Source: Catajapyx aquilonaris
Lineage: Eukaryota
Direction of reading: 5' to 3'
Assembly: GCA_000934665.2 (NCBI GenBank)
Contig: KZ539099.1
Span: 1 to 33,559 of the forward strand
DNA: 33,559 nt
The notes beneath the pieces are model-generated. The model saw only the letters and a program-made list of their open reading frames with translations, did not search any database and was not told the DNA's origin. Positions 11,002-21,500 of the stretch are shown one piece after another (position 1 is the first letter of the stretch; the number at the start of each line of letters is the position of its first letter). The position numbers and the translations under genes are program-made.

Positions 11002-12821
11002 TGGAGACACGTGCTGATTCAGAAATTTCCAATCCCTTTTTACAATATCAGTTTGGTCCCTTTTGTATATAGCTTGAAAGGAAAATACACTGAAACCTGC
11101 TGCGGCAGACCCCTGGATATATAGAGTATGCTATAATCATGCTACTGTGGAAAATTTTGCAGGATTCAGATCCGCTGTGAAAGATTCAAAAAGGCATGTA
11201 CTCGCAATGGTTGACCAGATTAAGGGGAAAAGTCAGTGGCGATTAGGCTTGTGATGAGGCGAAAGAGATAATGGGAGAAGGGGTAAGCCTTGCTGGGCTC
11301 CCCTTTATGTCTGCAGACACTGGGGGATTTGAGGTAGCAGTAAAGCAGCTCAACCAGAATTAGTCGTACACAATACTACAACCTTGGAGTAAATGTAAAA
11401 GTAACCCACTTATACTTTAATGTGGTTAAAAGCACAGCACGTGCACTTGGGGGTATACCCGAAGTGAGTTATTTAAAAATATAAAATTATAATCCTTTTG
11501 CAAGTCGAAATTATTCAAAAAATTAGTTTCTTAAATAAAGAACAAGAATCGGAACATTTGCATTTCACGTGAGGTTTTTACTAGTTTATGTCGCCTTGCA
11601 TATTCCACATAAATGCTTCAATTCTGGCAAACAGTTGCACTTGTGACCATTCCATGGCCATTACATCAGCGCTATGCTGCTAAGTGCAATGAGGGGCTCC
11701 TGGTACAGCACAGATGAACAACCCACAAAAAAATCCCAACCTCAACATTGATCTGAGCAGCTGCACATGTGCCTCGTAACCAGGGGATGTATGATTCACT
11801 CTGACTCAGAGCGCTGCTTATATCATTTTAGCTTGGTGCGGTGTCTGCAATTGCAATGCATGGAGAAAAAAACCCAAGGGGTTCATTTTTAAAAAGTCCA
11901 GGGACCATTTATTTTGTAGCATGTACAAAGGGCCCACAGTCAGTTAAGTGGATTTGGGCAAAAAACATTTTTGGAATCATTGAATATTTTTTGTTATTAA
12001 CAACAACCAACAACAACAACATGGATGGATGACAAGGGAAGTTATTATTTCTCAGGGGAAGGGATACTGTGATAGAAGGAAGAGCTGCTGCACATGGACA
12101 CATAATTTTTTTATGTACAGAACACACACATCGACACTGGTTAAATTCCCAGTCACAATTTATTTTATTTTTTTGCTTGGTTTTCCGTCACTGGCCAGCA
12201 GCATAACCCCCCCCCCAAAAAAAAAGCTATTCAATTTCTTCCCATATCATCATTGTTGGCAAATGGCAGCCGTTTTTTAATACATCAAGAAACCTGCGAA
12301 TGTATCATTTTGAAAGGTTTTAATACATGTGCGCAGGCCCCTGGTACAAATATGGCACATATTCTGTCCTGGAAGGACCGACTTTTTTTTTTTGTGCATG
12401 CAGTGTGACCACAAAAGTGCGAAAGAAATGGAAACTGTCTCGGAATGGTGTGATTGGTTGGCCCTTTTTCTGCCCACCATCAGTCACATTTATCATATCC
12501 TTAAAACTAGCAAAAACATAGTTATTTTTATTCTGCCCACTATCTGTCATGGCAGTACTCATCTCAATGGTGCTTGCCTTACTCTAATCATGCCAACCAA
12601 CGAAACTTCAAGATGCACAAACTCTCAATACTTTTGGCCAACAAGCACAGCCTCGGCTGTACCCAATATTCTGCATGTAACTGGCCAAACCCATCTCATC
12701 AAATTGCGTCTGTTTCCATAATCTCTGCACCATGTGTCCCACCCTGCAATAAGCATGGCCCCTCTCAGGGCTGGGGCAGGGGCGAGGGCCAGTCTGCCCA
12801 GGGGCCAGGGTGAGGCGAGGG

Positions 12822-15800
12822 TCAGTCAGGCGCAGGAGGAGCCCACCTATCAAACTCTATCCCAGAATCAGGGGAGGTTCCCGTAGGAAGCGGAGATAGA
12901 AACTGGGACAGGGTCGAGGAGGACGAGCTTGGGATTGTTGTCTGCGCGCATGGGCAAGAGTAGGGGCAGAAGGAGAGGCATGAGCAGGAGCATTGCTGCT
13001 GGGGGATTGTTGGCTGTGCTTCCCCGCAAGAGCAGGAGGAGGAGAAGCATGAGGAAGAGACTGACGAGGAGGAGGATGGAGGCGGATGCGAGTCCCAACA
13101 TCCGCTGGATATAGATGTCGTAGAAGCTGGTGGCTTCCCACAACGGCATTGCCGACCTGCAAGGCTGTTGGCACTTGTCAGGCTGCTGGCACTGGTTATG
13201 CTTCCAGTGCTGGTGCTGGAGCTGGTTCCACTGCTGTTTCCACGTCGACAGCACCGTCCTAGCTGCTTCTCGAACTCCAGTAGCTGCCCCAAGAAGGTGA
13301 AATTTGGCGCCACATCTGCCTTGCAGTTGCGCACAAAATCATATGCCTCATTCAGAGTCATGCTGCGCTTAAACATCAGGTATGCCATTGTTACTGTCAC
13401 GGAGCGGGATACTCCAGCTAAGCAGTGGACAAGGACACCCTTCTCTTGATGGCGGGCTTCCTCTGCAAAATTAATATCCATTAAATTACATGTTTCATGT
13501 TACAAGCTAATTTTGTCTAGGGCTCTAGGCAAAGACATTCATATGCTTTCTCTATCATGTGGATGCGGTAACGTTAATAGTAATAAAGTTCCAAATACTC
13601 AGTAGATACTGTTGGTGCGAGATGGTCCGACTTATTAATTTACTGTTGATAAATTCATGCATGGCCACGTTTCATTTTGCATATGACTTATCGGAGTCTA
13701 GCATCCCTTGATTAATTGAGCATCAACCCACCGATAAACTTGATGGCCACAGGAAAAAATGACGCCAGGTTCTGACTCCAGTGGTCAGCAATAGGGATCT
13801 GCAGGTACTTCATGTCACCGCTGTCCTCAAAGACGTTTGGAAGATTGGGTGTGACATTCAGCACATACTGCAGAGAATAAATGTTATGTTAGGAAGTCTG
13901 ACAATTTGCGGCCGAATGAATCAACACAATACCTGTATGCCGTAACGCTGCAGGGCCTCCAAGTCCTCCGAATTGTGGGCATTACCGAGGAAAAGGTACG
14001 GCAGTATTTCTACTGGGAAGCCATCCTCAAGGGGAAGACCCCCTCCGCCCCCTGCCCCAGCACTCCCCCTGTCCCCGTCATCTGAATCCCCTCCAGAAAG
14101 TGGGTCCAGACCCAGTGATGAGTCACTCCGGTCCCTCTGGCACACCAGCTGAGAGTAAAGAAAACACTCCATTAGAATTTGACATCAAGAGAGTGTAAGC
14201 TAATCAAGCAAAAGCGTCAAATATAACGAGGCGTACAGCATCAAATGGATTGCAAAGTAATTGCAGAATATTATGTCAAAGGTGTGGGATTCCTCAGTGA
14301 CTCTACTCGGATGATCTTGATTTCTCCGCACTGCATGGCTGTGTGTGAAACAGATGTGGGCATTCCTGACACACATGTGCAAAATATTAATTACCCCTTT
14401 TGAATTTACATTTCCTTCATGGAGTTTGTATTTGGCCACTAAAACTATCTGAAAGGGCAACCACGATTTACTCCGAAGGTACAATACCAGTTGACCTAGC
14501 ATGCTAACAACATCTGATAATGAGCTTGGGAGTCGATTTTCTTAGTATTCATGACATCCTGTTTTTTTCTCTCTCTCTAAGGGCAATGCGAACAACGCAT
14601 TAGGTGAGTGGGTGTGAAATTAAGTGTTGAAACATCCGGTTCAAGTCGTTGCTTTAATCTGAATTGGCGAATAAAGGGATAAGTGAATCACCTTTCGTAG
14701 CATCCTGTTGAACGCATTGACAACCTCAACGGGGCAAAAAAATGGGCTGCGCACATTTTCGCTTTGCAAAAAAATATATCATTGCATGCTCCAGGTTCCA
14801 AGACTCGACATGGATCTGTGTGTGAGACGGCGTAGGTGTCATGCCATATAAAAATTATGCATGAGTCATGTAGCCTCCTTTTGATTCAACTTTGCAAGGA
14901 TGTTTGTGTTGCGTGACCATTTCCTGCGTGTAGAGAAAAACACCTAAGCTGGAAATACGCTCAGGCTTCTGGTCCAATGCTCAAGGCAAGAAAATGATGC
15001 CTCCCTTCATATTTTCTCTCTAACGTTGCTTCTGGCAGGGAATTTAATTATCATATCCACTCCCAACCTCTACTAGCTGGAAGCCTACTAAATGCTAATC
15101 CAGGATGACATCTGCCATTTGGAAAAAAAAGTATTGCTTTCTCATCATATTAAGAGGAGGTTGAAATGGTATTTATAGACTTTGCTTAGAAATATGAATT
15201 ATTTTTAGATACACTTTCGCAGTATTTCTTATTACTGTATGTTTTTATACAGACACATTTACTCGGTGGAAAAAATAACAGCACCTTTGACATTTGCCTG
15301 AGTTTACCATTAGGCAACATGAGAGCACATGCATAGTAACAAAATTCCACGATGACAGTTGTATCATTAGCTACAACTACTTTATGACTCTTGGTAATTT
15401 CATTTGTCAACATAATAACATGAATGATTCATATGTACAGTTCCTCCCATTTACAGTTACGCGGGGTGAGAATGACAAGGTTGTAACTACATAGGATTTT
15501 CATTGCAGTTACAACCTTGTAATTCTAACAATACGATGTAGTCTACACAGTGATTTCTGAGGGGGGAAATGTGACAGCTACTTGCAGGTAATTGAGAAAT
15601 ACTCAGGATGCGTTTTATCTTGCAATTGCTTTGCAAACATTTGAGTAATGTTGTAATATCCAGGGGGGGACACTTCATTTAATCCATGAAGAGCGATTTT
15701 TTTCCAGCATTGGTTGTAGACTATCTATTGCTACATACGAAAGTCAGGTTTGCTTAATGTCCAAAGGTTTTGAATACTTCGTAACCGATTCCTGCTAATC

Positions 15801-18494
15801 TCATGACAGAATTTAAATCCAGGAATTTTCACAGTATAATTTTCACCATCAAAGCATTAGACTGATGACAAACATTCTCAGTTGCAGCATCTGATACCAA
15901 CGTCAGCAAAAGGCAACATAACTTCATGCAAAATCATACCACCACAAGTATATATGAATCTAAAAACATTACGAACTAAGTTGTCATTTTCACTACTTCC
16001 TTACCGGGACCTACCTTCACAAGTAATCATAAAAATTACTGTCATTGAGAGCTTTTGCCTCACTTCAGCATGTTCTTTGAGGCACAAATAACCATGTGAC
16101 TCCCAACTACAATAATACAATCATACACTACATATACTGTACCTATCGACATACCCTGTATGCATTACGGAAAGTAGGCAAAAGAACCTGAAAAGAGGAT
16201 CTGCATTGGATGATAATTGGGAGTAAAAATATGAACCACCATGAAAATCCAGAAGAGAACTTCCTGCCTACAACTTGGGATAATTCCTTTATAAGTACTT
16301 CAGCATGTAAAACTGCAAACACGAAAGAGTGTGATCACTCATGAAATTTAATGGCGATTCAAACATTATCAGGTTGAACCTTTACGAGCTGACTTTTGAG
16401 CCTGTGACGTAAATCCCAATCCATTCATACTACTACACCTTTCACTCCCTGCCTTTTTATGTACCATACAGATATAAGAAACAATACGTCATTTGGCCTT
16501 CACTGAATGAATGGCACCAAGCTGATAACATAATTCACAATGTCAACTTTAGCATAACATCTCTAGTCCTTTGAAGCAAACTGCAGGCTACCTGGGGGGG
16601 AAAACCCAAAATCGCCCAAATTGTCATGACATTAATGTTTATAAGTCACATACTGAAGGGGTTACAAAATAAGTTTCATTTTAGAGCAGGTGAAAAACTA
16701 GGTCCTCAGCCATAGCAAAGAAATTAATTACGTAGTAGGTTCAATCAGCATCCAAGAAAAAGCTTGCAAGGAAACTTATCACCCTACATAATCACTTTTC
16801 AAGCACACTGATTAAGTTATTTACTAATGCTTAACACACCAAATGGTACACTTGATAAAGCAAATGTTCACTTATCCACATCCCTAGGCAAGCAAGTATC
16901 ACTCTTCTTTATTTCTCGAACTGCAACTGATTTTATTAATGGCACTATCACTCTGCAAACACTTGTGTGGCACACAATATGCAAGGAGCCTTCTGGCACT
17001 GTTTATTCATCTGCTGTAGGCCAAACAATGGCTCACAATACCCATTCATCCCTGACAAGCTGCTGTCGGAGGCACAGACAGAATGCCTGCACTGCAAACT
17101 TATATTCAGTTAAATAGGTCGTGAGAAATAGTGGAACCACACAACGCTCCATGGAACAACGATTTGACCATTCACCTGCGTTTAGAAACCTGGCAATGTC
17201 ATTTTAACACCATGCCAACATTACATTTCCTATTAATGCCAAATGTGATATACCTCAGAGAATACGTCTCTGTCGTCATCGCTGGCGGCGCTGCTGGAGC
17301 CAGAAGATCCAGAGGATATCCGGAGGGCGGACAGGGACGCCAGTGATGCCAAGGATGCCAGTGCCTCCTCCCCAACATCTCCTCTGGCCCCGGGGCCTCC
17401 TGGGCCGTTACCTCCTCCAACTCCATCACACCACTCTGGAAACTGCTCTCGGAAGAGGGAAAAACCACCTGCAAATCGAGATTTTCATACATTACCACTT
17501 GACATTCAGGCATTCTTGCCAGGAATTTGCCATTATCTCAAAGTCATACAATAGAGCAGTTTTTAATTTACAAGACACACCGCTTTATCCCACCCACTCT
17601 CTCACAATAATGTAATGTTAAAAAAAAAAATACTCCCAGGGCAAGCAAACCCTCCCCATGCAAAATGCCGAGGTCACCAAAGTCCTCCCAAGTACATATT
17701 TTTAATCCCAGGCATCTTGAATTTTTAATTGCGCTCCCAGAGTCACTCTCTTTTCCCAACGCCCACAGTTCCTAGAAAGTAAGGCCATACAGTGCCTTTT
17801 TACACACACTCACACCCCACCCACCCACACCCTTATATACACATGCATAATAAAACATCCTGTGGGCTGGCTTCACACACAAAGGAAATCGCCTAAGCTG
17901 TTTACGATTTCATTTTTTGGTGCAGATTTGGTCGCCTTGATTTAGGCACAGAACTACGCTAAAGACATGTAGTCACTTCCACCAGTAAGGTAGCAGACCT
18001 AAAGCTAAAAATATCATCCAAGAGAGCTGCTCCTCTGTTGGAGGCTAGTTTGAGCTTCAGGTCTGCTACCTTACTCCTGGAAATGACTGTACACCTTTCA
18101 ACCAAATGTGAACTGCTGATGAGTTCATGAAAGGTGTCGATGCATTTATTTATTTACTTACTAGCAAGGGAACCATTCTTCACATGGGGATTGATAATAG
18201 AAAGAAGTTTTTAAAACCTCCAATGATGAGACACCAAATATTTAAAAAATAAATTTTGTGTTCAGCCTAAATCTCAGCAGCCCAGAAGTGGGTTAGGTAG
18301 CCTGGACATACAGACAAACTTTCTGCTTCACACAGTTGAATCCGGATATAACAGACTTCAAGGGACAGTGGAAATTAGTTTGTTATAGCCAAATACATAG
18401 TCCCATATATGGAAGTCTGCTATAACCGAAAGTCTGTTGTAGCCAATGTTATATCCGGATTCAACTGTACATTATTTATTCATTATTTATTCAT

Positions 18495-18525
<31 letters not shown>

Positions 18526-21500
18526 GAGTGGAGTTTCCACTGCTAGTTACCGCTAATGTTGGCAATGGTACTGCTAAGTTAGTAGTAACTATATAATTAT
18601 AGCAGTGGGATGAAAGTTCCACCCTTATTTTATGTGTTTGTTTCATCATAATCGTCACTAAATATGCCATCATTTTATTACGACGTTTGAGCGCACCGTC
18701 ACGATCTGTCACGCTGACATTAACCCCCTATACCAGCGTGACGCACTTTAATGACCTCTTAAGATCCTCGAAACTCCCCCCCNCCCCCCCCCCCCCCCCC
18801 AACCCACACATCCCTAAATTTAAAAAATCGTCCCACGCCTATTTCTATGAAATCCAGGTGCAATAAAACCGACGCCCCGTAATCATGCAAATACAATTGA
18901 AGCGCAAAAAAAAAGAAGAAAATCCCTCGAAATTCCCTGTGAATCGACTACGCTGCACACAAAAAAATGTGGAGAAATGTGGCAACACCGCCGCGACGCC
19001 CGGGAACTCCCTCTATTATTCCTCCCCCACTCTCTCTCTCTCTCTCTCTCTCCACCCACACCCACATTCACATTCCCCCCTCCCCCCTTTTCCTCTCTCT
19101 ATATAGAGTCTCTCTTTTCCCACCCACAAGCTGCCCTGCCACCGTTGCCCGGCGACGCCCAGGATTCAGCTCCACACCGACACTCTATACACACTACTGT
19201 ACATCCGGACTGTATCATATATAATACACTCCCCCCCCCCCCTTCCCCTCAAAAACGCCTTCAACACAGTTACGTCAAGCCTCCGACGTATCTCGAAGGG
19301 GGATGCAACAATGAGGAGGGGGGGTAATTGTTTTGTACTGCCCACGTTTTCTCTCTCTGTCTCGGAAAAGGGCAGGTGAAAGGTCGGTCACCATGATGAC
19401 AATATGATGGGGGTTACACACCCTTAGGCGGTATGTGCATCTGGACATGTGACGTCATATGAGTGATGTCACGGTGTATGACATCTGTCAAAGGATGGTG
19501 AGGTCATTTGTGGCTTTCCAAATGCAGAGGAAACTGGACCAAGTGTTGGACATTAATTGCGTCATACCAGGGAGCATATACAACATGAGAGGCGCAAACG
19601 CCTTTGATGTCCGCGTCTCTCTGTTTGGGGCAGTTGCCAAGCCTGGCGGCCATTTTGAAGTGTGGGCAACGCCAACGAGGCAAAAATAGGGTCCGCCATC
19701 TTCGATGGTTTTGGCGGCCATGGCAACTACACGGCAAGAACACACGCGAATCAAAGACGGCGGACCCTATTTTTGCCTGTACTCTATTTATACCTCGTTG
19801 GCATTGCCCACACTTCAAAATGGCCGCCAGCTTTGGCAACGGCCACAAACAGAGAGGCGCGGAAATCGAATGTCTGCGCCTCTTATGTAGTATATGCTCC
19901 CTGGTCATACTGCTAGCGACATTTTCCGAAGCGGCAGAAGTGCAAATCGATGTGTGAGCCGTGCGAGTAAGAAGAGGTAGGCCTTGAGTGACGTCACCGG
20001 CTGGGGGGCAATGGAGAAAAGGCTTGTCCCCCAGCCAATGACGTCAACCAAGGGCTACCATTTCTTTCTCGCACTTCGATTTGCACTTCTGCCTCTACAG
20101 AAAATGTCGCTAGCAGTATGACAGTTAATGTCCAGCAATGACCATGAAGCAACCAAGTGGGCCGGTTCCGGAACGGGTTCGGTTCCGAGTCGTGCATGAG
20201 ACATGAGATGACATCTGTCAAGAAAGGTGAGGTCATGGCTCTCCAAATGCAACCTGATGAAACTGGGACATAGCAACCAAGTGGGCCGGTTCCGGAACGG
20301 GTTCGGTTCTGAGCTCAATGAGATGACACCTGCCAAGGATGGTGCGGTCATGTTGTGGCTCTCCAAATGCAACAGGATGAAACTGAGGCGTAGCAAACAA
20401 GTGGGCCGGTTCCGGAACGGGTTCGGTTCCGATGATGACATGATCCTGATCATGCAAATGAGGTCATTGTCTCAATGAGGAAACTAGTTGACAACACAGA
20501 CATTGCTTTGTCAAGGCTACTGGCATTTTGTGTCAACAGTTGACCGTTTTTTGTCTTCTTCAAGGTTTCGTGTAAAACGGTACGTAGCAACCAACAGATT
20601 TGCAGAGTGTAACCTCGTCGAGCTCCGTAAATGACCCCATTTACAGCCCAGGACCGAAGAAACTGGAGACTCTGAACCCCCAGCTGGTTGCTGGAGTAAC
20701 CAATCCCCAACTAACCTATTTCCTCTCTCCAGCAAACCAAAGGGGGATTTGGGACATATCCCCCATTCTTTTTTTTTCTTTCTTTTCCTTCTCTCGTTTC
20801 CACCAAGCTCCATTTCCCCATTATACTTTTTTTCCCCCTTCAAAATTACCCCATTACAAATGAAAGAAATATTGAAAATAATAATCTTTCTCCTAATAGG
20901 CTTATTCTGTCCGTCAGATGTTTGTCCGACCTGAAGGTGGCAGGAATGTGCAGAAGGAGTATGCGCCATCTATGAGCGAATAATAGTACTACGTGGAAAA
21001 TCGACGGGTCATAGCATCAAAGTTGGTTGATTGTCGCTGTCATATACTGACAACAGGTTTTAGAAAATTTTGGAAACTGGTTTACTAGTCATGTACATAA
21101 TTGGCTCGAGTCCGTGCCTCTGTTTGTCCTGGGGGGGGGGGGGGGCTATAGGTTCTGGGCATTAATGGTGGCGTACTGGTGGCGCCAACAGCTATGGCGG
21201 CAAAAGAGCGAATCAGCTCCTGGTGTTGAGGGCAGTGTGTGTGTGTACGACCCTGAGAGTGGCAGTGGCGTGCCATATTATGTGAGGGATATGGTACTAC
21301 GAGGAGAGTCCCGGGCAGTTGTTGACGTCGTCGGAAACCATCCACCTGCGTACACCTGACGCACTCGCACGTCACGCAGTCTCAGAAATAAAGCCCCCTA
21401 ATTACAATGCCGTCGTTATTGCTGCACACAAAGTACAAAGGTGAGTCCGGCGGTTTGACATTTACCATCAGCAGGTGGCGAGCCTGGAGCCATCGGTGCA

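Noticed and set aside
14630..14650. Pol III B-box-like GGTTCAAGTC
   Set aside because: No matching A box or cloverleaf, so not supportable as a tRNA or SINE.
17199..17513. 104-aa ORF from the track
   Set aside because: Wrong frame; the real coding exon (17468..17254) is in another frame on the same strand.
18110..18145. Hammerhead ribozyme-like CTGATGAG..GAAA (also CTGATGAAAC near 20254)
   Set aside because: Stems I and III cannot pair at 18.1 kb, and there is no stem II at 20.25 kb.
18775..18800. Poly-C tracts (also near 24571 and 24964) as G-quadruplex elements
   Set aside because: They contain or abut N bases, so the lengths are unreliable homopolymer or assembly calls.
20141..20435. 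CRISPR-like array (identical 32-bp repeats with a palindrome)
   Set aside because: The linkers are about 90 bp and homologous to each other, there are no cas genes, and the context is a eukaryotic intron. It is a tandem repeat.
19459..20478. Paired similar ORFs on opposite strands
   Set aside because: A by-product of the palindromes and tandem repeat; no transposase motifs.
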